In this document: piece after piece, positions 1 to 13,079 of the stretch | Numbering within the stretch: the first letter of the stretch is position 1 | Layout of the letters: each line of letters opens with the position of its first letter | Origin: Raillietiella orientalis | Taxonomy: Eukaryota | Length of the DNA: 64,000 nt | Direction: 5' to 3' | Assembly (NCBI GenBank): GCA_036172245.1 | Contig: JAYWIR010000013.1 | Coordinates: 3,906,001-3,970,000 of the forward strand | The notes under the pieces: model-generated | Told to the model about the DNA's origin: nothing | Database searches by the model: none | Seen by the model: only the letters and a program-made list of their open reading frames with translations | Program-made: the position numbers and the translations under genes

Positions 1-1271
1 GCTCCTGATCCCCGAAGTACCAAGGAAAGAGTCCAGCGAGCAGCTGTCGAGGTGTCATCCGCGATTCTTTTATTCCACGATCAGGAAGAACGGTGCCCTC
101 AACTCGGAGCAGTGACTCTCTTCTGGAAGGTTCCGCAGGCCATCATCGTTGAAGATCCCTTCCAGAAGAGCGGCCTTTGACCTCGCTCCGTCAGAAGTTG
201 TGTTTCAGGTGGCGACTCATTCTAAAAAAGGACGGAGATCCTTTGCTTTGGAAGTGGTCGACTGCTCAAGAGTCACGTGGAAGAACCGTCTTAAGCGTGC
301 AGCCTGGAGGAGGAAGAAGGGGGGAGGAGAAAACTGCCTCCTTGTGCGTGTCTTGTTGAAAGAGCTGGTCCGCCGCCTTCGCAGCGGCAGCACGATGCAG
401 CCACGTCTGGGGGATGGGATGGGGAGGCGCTCGCGTTTTCGGAATTTCTCCTCTATCCTCCGATGCTTGTGAGAAGCCAAGAGCAGCATGGGATGCTGCG
501 AACTTTGTTCTCGGAAGTCCCGATGCGTTCCCCCCGAATGCCCGTCGAGCGGGAAGCCGCCCGACGGCCTTCCGTGCATGCAGGTGCGACGCAGGAAGCC
601 TGGAGAGCTGATCAGCGGGAGCAGCGCTGTCGATGCAGAGAGCAAGCCGGTTTTGCTCATCTTTGGTGTTCCCACCCGCCCACCCCATTCCGGCCACGCG
701 ACCGAAAGGAGGACCACCGGCTCGCAAATCGGGATTGCTTCCCGGAGGAGGGAGGCGCTCGCCTTCCAAGAGTTCCTCCGCGTCTTTCCGGGCAGTACCG
801 AGAAAGACCAGAAAGAAGGGCACGATTTGCATTTTCTGTAACAAGCTGCGCAGGTTCCCCGCGCTCCGGTCACGAATTCTTGGTTAACCTTATGGACCGG
901 AAAGTGGTCGTGGTCCAAAGAAATCCGTGTTATCAAAATAAATCTCCTCCCCCCCTCCCCCCCTGCTTTCCATTCGGCGTGAAAGAATCCGCACAGCCAA
1001 GTCCGGCAGACTTCCGCCATTCTTCCGATGTTTTTTTTTTGCGTGTGTTCCTTTGCCCGTGGCGCTTTCGGCCGCTTCGATTTCGGTTCCTGCAGCCTCC
1101 TCCATCAGGCATAGCGCCCGGGTTCTCCCTGGCTCTCCTTTCTTCTTGCAGACGTGAAACACGAGCGCTCGTGTGTTTGGAAACCCAAAGCTATCGAATT
1201 CCCAGCGCAGGGCATCACGTTCGCCTTATTAATGGACTCACGTGTAGGCCGCAGGGCATCCCGACCTCTCG

Positions 1272-1302
1272 CGTGTGTGTGTGTGTATGTGTTTGTGTAT
1301 GT
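1272..1302. repeat. Imperfect (TG)n microsatellite
   Basis: gtgtgtgtgtgtgtatgtgtttgtgtatgtg. Confidence 0.85.
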
Positions 1303-3039
1303 GCTTTTCAGCTCGGCGGTGGAGTCCGGAGGTGACGGAGAAGAAGGCTGCCCCTCCAGGAATCCAAAAGGAGTGAAGGAGGAGGGCCGAGGAGTGACTT
1401 TCGGGCTCGGACGCTGTTGCCGCAATAGCCAGGGGTCGACGGTCGGTCCGAGCTCACTCCTGGGGATCCGGCTGGCACCGAGTATTCGCTGGAAAAGGGA
1501 TGTTTTTTTTTTCGTGTGTGTGTTTTCCCGGGGTGCGAACGCGCACGTTTGCGAGCCTGCGTGCCGGGGCGGGGTCAATTGGAACGCGAGTGCTGCGACC
1601 CGACCTTGCTGCTGCTGCCCATCACCGCTGCCGATGGCTCCCGTCATTTCGCCTGGTTTCGGACTTGCAAAGGTCCATTCGAAAAAAAAAAAAAAAAAAA
1701 AAAAACGAGAGAAAAAACGGATGCGGGAATCTGAGGGTTGCAAAATCCTTCAGGATTCGTTTGGCTTCTCCTGTGGCTTTTCAGGTCAGGATGTGGGTCG
1801 ATCCTCTCTCTCCCCACATGGAGGGAGAAAGCGAAGGGAATGGGGGAATTCGTCCCCGTTTCATTCCTGTGTCCTTGCTGCGGAATGACAATTTTAATCT
1901 CGTCCGAATGAGGGACACCCCTCCGCCCCCACTCCACCCTCTTCTTCCTCCACCGCAGCTGCTATTCGGATCGGCCACGGAGTCCGCTTCCAGATTACCT
2001 AGGCAACCTCTGCCTCTGGTAATTCTTCCGCGACCTCCGCCAGCACGCCTGTCGACTCTGCTAATTCTTCGCCATCTCTGAAGCTGATCGATGATTGGTT
2101 TCGAGATGCTTTCAGCGCATGCGATCTGTCAGCATTAGCGGCTGAGCGAAGTGACACCCGTCGAGCCGTCACGTGAGCAATCGCTCCCTGGTCCACATTT
2201 TTTCTCCCGGTTCCTCCCCCTGCTCGCGCGGAGACAAAAGTCTTCCGGGACGCGGGGTTCTCGGTCTTCTCGAATGCGGCCGGGCAAGCATCTGCATTCG
2301 AAGGGAAACGAGGGGGAAAGGGACCAGGGGTCCAGGGGACCTCCGACCATCCGACGACAGTCAGTCGTCGGTCGCTCCCGTGCTGCAAAGTTTTCCCGGC
2401 CCGGTCCAGCCCGTGCCCCTGCACGAGCGTGCGCGATCCTCGAGGAACTCCGGGGAGAGCAAGTCAAAGTCGCAAAGTTGGCGTCCGCGGAGCCCACCTT
2501 GTGCTCGCTCCGTGGCGCCGTGAGAGTGCGCGTCAGCAGACCTGGAGCGCCGCCAACTGCGGCGTCGCTAGGGGTCGCAGCCTCACTTGTTCAGGAAGGA
2601 CAGGTAGAGAGCGCGCTGGGGAGGAGGGAGGGGGGGGGATTCGAAGCCTGCCTATGAGTCGGTAGACGAGCATCTTCACGGTGGCTGATGATGCGGCTCG
2701 GAGGAGGGTTTTGCTTCACGCATACCCGCAAAGCCTCAGGGCATCCCCCGGAATTCGGCTCGGCATCGCTCCGTAGGCACTGACGAAGGACTTGTCCGTC
2801 CTTCTCTCCGTCGGATACAAACCGCCCTTCCCGAAGTGCGCCACACCTTGAAAGTGCTGCTCTTCCTGAAGTGCGCATCGCATGGACGCTTGGATGGTTT
2901 CCATGGCTGGGCAGATCTTTCGAGTTTTTTCTCCTGTGGTCCGTGCAGGCGCTCTGACCCTTCCAGACTTCCCCCCCCCCCCTTCTTTACCGGAAAGACC
3001 TCCGAATAAACTGTGTTTGACCCCTCCTGTCTCCTTTGC

Positions 3040-3045
3040 TTTATT
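3040..3045 (-). promoter_or_regulatory. Candidate polyadenylation signal of the KLF mRNA
   Basis: First AATAAA I found on the minus strand downstream of the stop codon, implying a ~2.1-kb 3' UTR; no transcript evidence. Confidence 0.3.
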
Positions 3046-5123
3046 GGGAATCCCTCGAGGAGGTCATATCGCCGACCCCTCGGGTGGTCCACCCTCTCCT
3101 CCTGCCATGCGATGTTCATTCAGCAGAGGGAGTCCACGTGGGGGAAAGGTATCCGGGCACAGGAAGGGGAGAGGTGATGGGTGCGTTTCTCACCCTAGTT
3201 CTCCTTCTTCCCTCTAATAGGAAGGGCAACCGAGATCACCCCTGGTCAGCAACCATTTGCCGATCTCCACGTGCGAGGAGCGTGGACGAAGGAAGTAAGA
3301 GGTCGAGGGAAGCGGGGGCTAGGGCTGGCTTGGGACGACAGGATCTCCCGAGCGGGCGCACTTCGAAGGGCGTCCGACAGCCTGACCTGCCCATTCCCCC
3401 TCTCTCCACCGAAGAGCTTGCACGGGAATGCAGCTGAGACCTGGCACTCCTGTGGAGGCGGAGAGAGACGCCCGCGTGATTCTTTCCCCCTCTTCCGGCT
3501 CCAGGTCTCTCCGCCCTTCCTCCTCCTCCTCCTCTCTATTTCCCATGCCCCGTTCCATCCCGCGCTCCCTGATCCCTCCGCGCCTACCCGCGGCGGCTTC
3601 AGGATGAAGGATCCTCGGCACTGGAAGGAAGAGGAGGAGGAAGAGAGGACGTTCGCACCTCCGCCTTCGTTGGCTGCGCACGAGGCACGCATAAGGACGG
3701 AGGGGCGAAGGATCCGGACCAGGATGCGCACGCGCGCCCACGGGAAAGCGGGACTCCTCCTCCAAGAATGGAGGACGGGAACGGGGAGGAGCGCTGAAGG
3801 GGCGGTGCCTGGCTGTTCTGGGAAGCGGCTGCAGCGTGAGCCCGTCTTCCTTTTCCTCCTTCCCCTTCCTTTTACCCGGTGACGTCTCCGCGCATGCGCG
3901 GCGGCCAGGCGGGGACGACGGGAGGAGCTGAGGGGAAAGGGGGAATTCTCTGCTCCTGAAGATCTTGGATGGTCGGGCAAGCTGCTGCTGTCGCTGCCAC
4001 GGCATCGGAGGCTACCGGACGCCCGTCGGGCGCGGAGTGGGTCGGCTGGAGCGAACCTCCCCCTCCCCTTCCCTTCGTTCCCTTTCTCCTTAGCCCCGCC
4101 CGCGATCCCTTCCGCAGAGGAGGAAAGGCGGAAGGGAGGAGGAAGGGAGGAGGAACCCGCGCTGGAATCCGCTAGGGAGCGGTCGGTCGAGGTCGCAGCC
4201 GCCTCAGGTGGCGCTCCTCCTGGGTCCGTAGCTCAAGAAGGCGATCTGAGGGTGCGTGGGTGAGGAAGGGGTCCTGGGAAAATGTCGGACGGAGCGAGGA
4301 AGGATGATGGAGAGCAGGGGAGCTTCCTTTCCCCCGTCCCTGAGCTGCGGAAGCCGGAAGGGCGACACCGGCCGCGGCACCCTGGAGCCGTTTCCACCGC
4401 GGGAGGAGCAGCTCCTGACGCTTCCCCTGCTCGCAATGGCGTTGCTGCCGGCGACCTAGGCCGCGGTCCCCCTCCCCTGGAGACCCCACCTCCGAGACGT
4501 CTCTTCCTTTGCTGCTGCTGCTGCTGCTGCTGTTCTGGAGTGTATTTCCTCCTTCTGGAATGCCAGCTGCACTCTTGCCCCACTTCACCCCTCCTCCCTT
4601 GCTCGAGAACGGGGTCGGGAAGGGGCAGGAGGCCGAAAAAAAAAAAAAAAAAAACAAGAAGACAAAGACATGAAAAGACTTCGGTTCTCAGCCGCTGGAC
4701 CGCGGCAAAGCACATCCTCCAGCTCGCGCGGTGCGCGCTCGACGCGCGGGCTAGTGTGCGTGTTGAGGGGGCGTGGCCAGGGGATTGGGCGGGCCTTCCT
4801 TCTTCCTGACCGCCGCAGGGCGTCCTGCCTCGGGAGGGCGAGAACGGCGGGAAGTGCCCCGTGGGAGGGGGCGGAGGAGAGGATGAGGGAGAGATGCGGA
4901 GGTGAGGGTCGGCGAACAGCCCGGCCGTCCTCCTCCTTCCTCCCACGTGCTCCGCGGAAGAGCCGCGAGCCGCTCCTGGCTCTTCCTCCCTTCCATCTTC
5001 TTCCGCCACAAGGAGCAGAGATCAGCGAGATGGCAGAAGGGACGCAGGGAGGAGCCGCCGCCGAGTCCTCGTCTCTCCCCACACCTCCCTCTGGAGGGAA
5101 CGTGACGGCGGGCGCGCGTTCCC

Positions 5124-6405
5124 TCAGACACCTGCGTGCCTCTTCATGTGCAGCGCCAGGTGGTCCGAGCGGGAGAAGGCGCGCTCGCACAGGCGGCACT
5201 GGAACGGCCGGTCCCCGGTGTGCTTCCGGTAGTGCCGGGTCAGCTCGTCCGACCTGGCGAACTTCCAGCCGCACCCTGAGGGAGGAGACGGGGATGACGA
5301 GCGAGAGGGAAGGCCGCCCCGAGGCAGCGAGGGAGGGCCCATCTGCGGGAAGGAAAGGGGAGGAGGAACGAGAAGGGAAGGGAGAATTCCCGGGTCGGTC
5401 CTCATTGGAAACCACCGGGGAAAGAGGAGGAGGAAGGAGGAAGGAGGAGGAGGAAGGCTGGAAAGGCCCGCTGCGCAGCGCCTGCGCCCACCGGGGGGGG
5501 GAAGGTCTCTCTCACCTTTCCACGTGCATTGGTAGGGCTTCTCGCCGGTGTGCGTCCGCAGGTGCGCCTTCAGGTGCGACGACTTGGTGTAGGTCTTGCT
5601 GCAGCCCGCGTACGAGCACGAGTGCGTGGTCACCTTCTTCTTGCCCCAGCGGCGCCGCCCACGCCTCGTCTTCTGCTGCGATTCGGCAGGCCCTCCGGCA
5701 GCCACCGTCGGATCCGCCGCCGTGGCGGCCGCCGCGGCCGCGGCTGCAGCGGCTGCTGCTGCTGCTGCTGCCGCCGCGTGGTGGTGGTGGTGGTGATGAT
5801 GGTGGTGGTGGTGGTGGTTGCTGGAGGCCCCTGCCCCGCCGCCGCCGCCGTTGCTGTTCGCGAGGAGGTGGTGGAGGTGGGGGGACGCAGGCGGGGGCGG
5901 GGAAGGAGGCGGAGGAGGCGGGGGCGGCGGGGGAGGGGCGAGGCGGGAGTGCTGGGGGAAGCGGGCGGGGAAGTCCGTCGGCACGACGACCGCCTCCTGC
6001 TCGGCCGCGCAGGGCGGGAACCGGGAACCCGAGCACGGACCGACGAGGAAAGGGTGCGGGACCACGGGGTACATGGCGTGTCCTGCGTGGGCGCAGCTCA
6101 TCTGACCCAGCTTCTGCAGCAGCATCCCCCCGGCATCGTGGTGGCTCTTCGGGAAGTCGGAGACGCCGTCCACGGTTCCGTCGCCTCCGCTTCCGTCGTG
6201 GCGGTGGTTCTGGTGATGGTGGTGGTGGTGGTGGTGGTCGCGGTGATGGTGATGGTTGTGGTGGTGATGGTGATGGTGGCGCGTTCCCGGGTAGCAGGCG
6301 TAGGGCGCGCACCCCGTGTCAGTCCCGGGGATCAAGCCGAAGTCGCTCTGGCACGTGTCCACTATCTCGTTCTTGACCATCTGCGGACCGCCGCCTCCTC
6401 CTCCT

Positions 6406-6437
<32 letters not shown>

Positions 6438-6599
6438 CCCACGATCCTCCGTGTAACACGGCTGCCCAAAGGGGTAGGTTCCATCCCCGCTGAAGTAGGG
6501 GCACGAGGGAGGGGGCGGCAGAGGCCCGTGGTTCGCCATCGCCGCCGCCGGATGGGAAGGTGTGTCTCCCAGAAGAACGCTCTCGATGTCCTGCCACAT
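5124..6599 (-). CDS. Klf1/2/4: Krueppel-like factor, KLF1/2/4 subfamily; coding exon 2 (6599-5516) and exon 3 (5275-5124), intron 5515-5276
   Basis: After removing the intron there are three C2H2 fingers: [83 protein letters not shown]. The basic pre-finger motif [17 protein letters not shown] resembles KLF2/4 KPKRGRRSWPRKRTATH, and the C-terminus is HLALHMKRH. The N-terminus carries poly-G/H/P/A tracts and a VKNE SUMO-type motif. The ATG at 6599 directly follows a pyrimidine tract and CAG acceptor. Confidence 0.95.
5276..5515 (-). other. 240-nt phase-1 GT-AG intron inside zinc finger 2 of the KLF gene
   Basis: Donor AAAG|gtgaga at 5515; acceptor ctcctccctcag|GG at 5276. Removal restores C-T-W-K-G-C-G-W of finger 2. 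Confidence 0.93.
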
Positions 6600-9500
6600 C
6601 TGCGAAAGAGGAAAAGAGGCCTCTGGTCAGCGTGAGGAAGACCACGGGAGACGCATGGTGGCGCTCGCGCTCAGCGGAGGAGCCTCCTGAGCTCCCTGCA
6701 GGCAGCTTCCCTCCGTGGCTTCCCTCTTGGATGACAGCTCGGGAGGAGAAGGGAGTCAAAATCCGAGAGGGGATGGCGGGACGATCGGCCGCCGCGCTCG
6801 GACCACGCGGCTTGGAGGGCTGCGAGCTCCCCCGCGAGTGAAGGATCTCTGCCCGCTTGGCCCCCTCAAGATTTCTCTGCCACGAGACGCACGAAGGGGG
6901 GTGGCCACGGGAAGACCGACCAACCGCACCCCTCTTGGAGGAGGAGCAATGAAAGGAGGAAGGGCAAGGAAGAGGAGGGTCTTCCGCGGATGCGGAGATT
7001 GCACGGAGCGCTGGAGATGCCTCACTCCTCCGAGGGAGGGAGAAGGCTCTGTCCCTCGCGAGTTCCGTTCCGCCTGCAGCGTCATCTAACTGAAGACCAT
7101 CCGAAGAGGCAATGTTTTTTTTTTTTTTCTTTTTTGGTTCGCTCCCCCTCTTTCCTCCTTTTCGAAATTTAGCGGGCGAATTTTCCGGTCCTTCCTGTCA
7201 ATGGCGCCTCGGCTCGTCCTGTTCAGATGGACCTACTGGATTGCTACCTGCGGCGGGAAGCCTGTGGGGATGCAGTGAGTCTGTGTGAAAGAGGAAGGAG
7301 GGAAAGGGTAGGAGAGATGGGGTCAACCGTCATTCGGATCCCTGGGCACCCACTCTTCCTGACGCGGATGCAGATTCCCTCTAGTCGGCCGACCGCAAGG
7401 CCGTCTCTTTCTCTCTCTTCCGGGAAGGGGGACGCGGGTGCCCCAGGACCGGTCCTCATGTGGCCTTCTGCGGCACGTAGAAGCACTCGCGGAGGAAGAG
7501 GAGAGTGCGGAACGAACTCTTGAGCAGCGGCCCCAGAGGACCCCGGACTCCGTGGCTCCATGTCGCCCTTTTCGTGCCTCCTGCGGCTCCTTCTTTTGCT
7601 GCCGTTCGTCCTTGACAGAGAAGAAAAGCGCGCGGAGCGGCAGCACTCTCAGGGGTCACTCGCCCCGCGATTTCCCCCCCCCCCCCTTCCACGTCCTGGA
7701 GCCTTCTCAGAAGCCCCCGGCACGCGCCTCCTAAGTCACGGAGTTCGCCGCGTGCCACGCACGAACCATCACTTGGTTTTTCTCAGCCGCGGGCGATGCG
7801 GTGCGCCGGCGCTCCTCAGTGGGGAGCGGTTGCTCTCATCCCCGCGCACGCGCGCCGCCGCGGTTGGCCCGTGCGAGGCCAAGCGGCTCCTCGGAGATGC
7901 GGTTTCCGAGCCGGAACGCGCCAAGGACGGAAGTGACCTTCACCGGGATGGCGTCCGCGAGGAGCAGAGCGCTCGCCAGGAAGCGGGTTCGGACGGATAC
8001 GCGAGGGAGGTGACTCCAAGGGGAAGTTCGGCCTGCGGGAACGGCTCGGCGTCGCTTCCCAGGACCAGACCGATCGCCGAAATGGTCGCGGTTCGGGGAG
8101 GATCAGAGGGCGAGGTCAGGCACGCGCGCGTGCGACCGAAAAGGTCATAACGCGCAGAGGGCTTTCTCCTTCCTGCATTCACTGCGTGATCTTGCGGACC
8201 CGATCGGGACCTCGGGAAGAGGAAGAGGAACGAAAGACGTGTGCATTCAGCCGACGGTTCGCTCGGGAGCTGAGCGGGAACGACGGGCACAGCAAGCGGC
8301 CGAGCGCTCCTGAGGATTCGGGAACGCATCTCGCGTCTCGGCCCGTGACGAGCTCCGCCCGCAAAGAGGGGTCGGCTGAAGCTTCGCCCGGAAGAGACCG
8401 TGAGCACCTAACATGCCAACGGATTTACGCAGAGTCTGCACGCACTTCCAGATGGCACGTTCGCCCTTCTGGAAGTTTCCGCTCGGACAGGGAGAGGGGA
8501 AGAAAGTAATCTCTTGTACCACACTTGGAGTTTCAGGAGCACACTGGACCCCGACCCAGCCAAACTCTTGCGCCACCAACCGAGGAAACAATCCGTGGTG
8601 GTGGTGACCACCCCTCGCTGAAGGAGCAAGGTATCGCACGGCCAGCTTTGTGCGCGGAACGGTGTCCTAAGGACATTCCTGCTCTTGCAAACAAGTTCGG
8701 TCATGGGATAGGTAGGAATGGCCGCTGTTTCCTTTCACCAGTGGCGGCGGCTTCCCGACTGCGATTCGGGAAGATTCTTTTCGCATCTGCGGTTGTTTCA
8801 GCTCACGAGACATGCAAAATGCTTTTGATTCAGAGCCGCCAGGGCTTCCGCGATGCTTCGAGCAGTCATTTATTTTCCTGAGGGGATCCACGCGCCAGCT
8901 TGCTGCTGCTGGTCAGCCGACCCCTCATCAGCAGCTTCTAGCGACCCTCCCACCATCTGTATTCGGACCTCATATCCGCAGCAGCATCTTCGAAGCCGAC
9001 GTGCCTTTCCCCGGGTCCGACTCACTCGACGACCGATCAAGCATTCGCGAAAATTTCCCGCGGGAGGGAGTTGCGCTTTCATCTCGGGAAGCTGGGTCCG
9101 CTGGCGGTCAGGGATCATCCTGGCTTCTGGTCGCCGATTTTCTCGCTCCGATCCGCGGCTCGCTTTTCGCAGGTCGCCCTCCACGAGGACGGCATCAGAG
9201 ACGGCACGGATTTCGTGGCAAGGAAGCTCCTGGGTGCACCTGGAGTCTTCCGGCGCGACGGAACTTCAAGAGGCGGGAGGGAGGGGGGGGATTGGCGAGA
9301 CGCGAAAAAAGGTCAAGGAGGGATGCCGCAGGTCGTGTATGAAGAGGGTTTCCAACCCCTTGGTAGTTTCTTTCCGAAGAAATGGAAGAGCCATCAGAGA
9401 CCGCACTGGCTGGCGGCGTCTCTGCCTCCAGGAGGAGGGCGAGAGTTCGGCCTTCTCGATGGAGGCAGAATTTAGCAGTGAAGCTGCACCCATGAGACGG

Positions 9501-10249
9501 TCCAGGGTTCCGGATGCTGCAGGTGGCAGTGAAGGCAGACACTCTTTGACACGACCGCTGCACCGTCTTCCTTCTGGAGGTGTTTCCAGGGGTCCCAGGA
9601 GCAAGGGGAAGTCGCAAGAGCACGTCCCAAGAACACGAAGGCACGGGATGAAGTTCGCACTCTGCACCCCCAGAGGGAACATCGGTGTAGTCGCTCGCGT
9701 CCCTGCTCATGGGTGGATCAATGCCGCGAGAGGAGGTCTCAGCGTCCGTGCACCGCGGATGCCAATTTTGACGATCGCGCTGCTTGCAGCTCCTCACCAC
9801 CTCACCGTCATCCGCGTGACGTGGTGTTGGGTCGGACGGTGTTCGCCACCGTTCAGAGCTTCCCAAGCAAACAGCCATTCAATCAGACGAAGGCAAGAAG
9901 AGGAGGAGGAAGCAGAGGGAAACGATTGCCCGTCGCGTCCCGTCGTTCGGCGACAGCAAGGAATCGCGAATAGGAAATCACAGCAGCAACAGCAGATGTG
10001 AGGATCGCTTGAACGGAGAGCTCGCAGACTACGAAATGTTCGGACCAGCGTTAAGAATCTCCCTAGTGTCGTCGAAGAGCAGCACCGGGACGCGGCTCGA
10101 GTCCCTGGACACCGTCGGGATAATAGGGTTTCCTTATCCCTTCCTCTCTCTCCCCCTCTTGCTTCCGACTTCACTTGCGAACCGGCGGTTCAGCTGGACC
10201 TCTTTAGGAAAAACCTGTGCGATCGAGAGCCACCCCTAGCAATTCAGGT

Positions 10250-10890
10250 GGATCCGGACACCTAGATCAACAGAAGCTGCCAGGCGGTCCTCGAGCTGGA
10301 AAGACTTCATCTCGCACACACAAAAAAGTCCGAAGAGTGGCTTCGTGCTCGCTGTGAAAAGGCAACCATTAATCAGCTGTCAAGATTAAGAGCGGAGAGG
10401 CGGTTGCCTATTTGTGAGGAAGATGATTACACGGTGTCCTCGATGTTTCAGGAGGCACGAAGCTCCTTCAAAGGCTGCTCGTGGGTTACCCCCTGGAGTC
10501 CATGCGGAGAAGACGCATTCTTGCCGCTGTACCTTTACAAAGGGTTTTCGGCTCCAGGTGAGAGGGGAGGATGCGATGTTTCAAGCAAACTGCAACCAGG
10601 TGGCTCAACGATCCGAAAACTAAAGCTCCGCAGACTCTTGCCTTTTCCACGTCAAATGAACCAGCAGCCAACAGGGATGAGGAATTTCACACACAAAGAA
10701 ACTGCTGCGAGCACCAAGATATCTATCTACGGGAAGCTGCTGCTCGGATCACGAGTTCTCCGAGCGCTTTTTTTCAACAGTTGCAAAAAGACTTCAGGAA
10801 AGTCCATTCGAATGAGCTGCTTTTATCGAAAGGGGAGGAACGCGGAGTCCAGCATCCATGAGTTGCGTATACCAAGCTTCTAGTCTTTAG
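10250..10890 (+). mobile_element. Decayed non-LTR (Jockey-like) RT and post-RT fragment
   Basis: Broken motifs in order: KLPGGPRAG (~GVPQG), ICEEDDYT (~FADD), STKISIYG, RN...HELRIPS; frameshifted. Confidence 0.35.
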
Positions 10891-13079
10891 ACAGGTATGA
10901 GCTCCGAGACCAATGCGGACGTTTGGAAAACCGATGAAGAGGAGCTTTGGTGTTCGCAACAGACGGACACAGCATCGAGCTGCCAACCCAAGGATGCCCT
11001 ACTCTTCTCAGAAATAATTGAAGATGGACCCAAAGGTCGAGAGCGGTGCTAACAGGAGATAGAAGGCCGAGCATCTGCCTGAACGGCGGGCGAGCGAATT
11101 CCGGACTTCCGCTGTTGCCACGGCATAACGACAGTCAAAGAGCGCCGAAATGCCGCCGACCCACGTCATGATAATCGCAAAACGCCAGGATCCTGAAGAT
11201 CAGGAAGGCAGTCATTCTCCTAGCATTCCGATGCTCGGAGGATCCTCCAGATTTGGCATCCTCCTCCTCGAGAGAGCCTGGGGCTTCTTTCCCAATTGGG
11301 CTTTCTTGCGCGTTTTCCATTCCTCTCCCGCCCTTTCCGAGGAAACCTCGCCGCTGCCGAAACGAGGAGGCCACGGACCTCAGCTTCCGCAGAAAGAAGA
11401 TAGGCAGCACACTAAGTCGGAGGGAGGCACTCCAGACGGTCGGAATCTCCAGTTCACGAGATCGGGAGGAGGGCCTCCTGTCCCCTGGAGTCTCGGGGAC
11501 GTCTTCCAGGCACAGGGCCAGCCAGGTCCGCGAAGCAGACACAAGCACACCCGTATCTCTTTAAGACGGCAGTATCGGGTCCAGAGATGCTGGTGGCTGC
11601 GCGCTTCAAGTGCAGCATCGGTTCACTTGCTCAGATGAGCCTCGCTACGAGATTTTCGGAAGAGAACGGCAGATGACTCTTCTTTCTAAAGCCAACGCTG
11701 CAGTCCGCTCTTTTCTTTCCTTATTTTAGCGAAAAACCCTCGTCATCATCTGAAAGATTTCGCTCCTGAATGATAACGTCGGATCCTGAGGGATTCGCAG
11801 TGAATCCCCTGGAGGATGATCCTTTGAACTGAGAACTTGGCGCCCGCCCTCCAGGGACGAAACAGCTCCCAATAAAACGCTTCTGACACTGCCGCTGCCC
11901 ATTTCCCAGCCTCGTTGGAGTGCTTTCTCCTCAGGATCTGCCTCTGATACTTCTGGTCTTCATCGATGCCTGGCTGTACGACGCCTGCTCCATGTTTCCC
12001 CGTTTTCTTGCGAGACTTAGCTGACCTTAGCTTTCTCCGGAAATCAGGAATGGATGCTGCCTCCTTCAGAGTTCGAAGTGGGGCTTCGGACTGGCACTGC
12101 CAGTTTTTCTTTGAGGTGCGGACCGGTCGTGCTGGTCCTTCCGCCTTCTACGAACGAATCCGACTCTTTGACAAGCCCTTCCTGTACCGCGAAAGAGCAT
12201 CTTGACGAAGGAAACGCAACGTTGGATAGGAGATGGGAGAACATGGTTACTGGCTGATAGTCGAACAACTATTTGTCGTGGGAACAGCTCATTAAAAAGC
12301 AATCTGTTCAGTAATTGCAGATGGTGGATGATTGTAGGGTAGCTGCCCGTCAGAGTTTCTCACCGAGTAATTAATTTCCACAAGTGGGCTGACGGAGACA
12401 ATATCGCTGCTGCGATTCGGATAGGCAGACTGTCGCGCCACTCGTTCCGATCGCTTTCAGTTGCCTGAGGGGAACCATGGACAGTGAGGAAGAAAGAGGC
12501 AACCGCAAGAAAAAGAATGGACAAGAGATTTCGACAACCACTCCGTGGTTCGAGATTTCGGTTCTCCGGTGGGTTCATTCGTCTGCATCCGTCAGCAGCC
12601 AGAGGCGGCGCTGCTGACGACATCCAAACAGACCAGCTGACAACCAATTTCAGTTACGTCTTGAAATGCTGCACCACCTGGAGCCCTTTTCGACCGTCTG
12701 CTTCACCCGAGACGACGGTGAAAATCAAGATCATCATTCCTTATCAGTTACCGATTTCGTTCAGCTCCATGCCTTCCCGCTTGCGAGACTTTCTCGGGTT
12801 TGGCAACCGAAGAAAGGTTTCCTGACAAAAGGGAACCTTCTCTTTGGTGTTCCAAGTTTTAGACTTCGCAGCGACTTAGGCAACGTGGACCGTGAGGTTT
12901 CCAAGCACCCTATGGATCGAGCGCTAACTGATAATTGGTGAATTCACAAAAACCAATACGCATCGGAGGGGTTTCAGAGGCTGTTGCCTACCGCGTCTTT
13001 GACTGAGCCACCCTTCGCATATTGAAAGGCACTTGCAGCTCGAGATCGAATTAATTGGCAAACTGTGATCTGCGACCGC

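Noticed and set aside
1..300. Possible non-LTR pre-RT remnant on the minus strand; similar hints at 11160-11580, 24400-24620 and 30550-30850
   Set aside because: Only one or two weak motif resemblances each; not enough without a profile search.
5124..6599. The 491-aa single-exon ORF as the main protein
   Set aside because: It contains a canonical GT-AG intron that breaks finger 2, and it starts right after a splice acceptor.
4670..6635. Long plus-strand ORFs (568 aa, 368 aa) and the alternate-frame minus ORF over the KLF gene
   Set aside because: Antisense or off-frame shadows of a GC-rich, trinucleotide-repeat CDS; low complexity, no domain.
7240..7270. CAG|GT as a recursive splice site in the long intron
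   Set aside because: Weak regenerated donor (GTAGCA) and a poor pyrimidine tract.
8853..10001. 382-aa ORF, and similar long ORFs at 29961-30866, 37022-38041 and 46224-47306
   Set aside because: R/S/G/P-rich, no recognisable motif, non-ATG starts; expected in GC-rich DNA.
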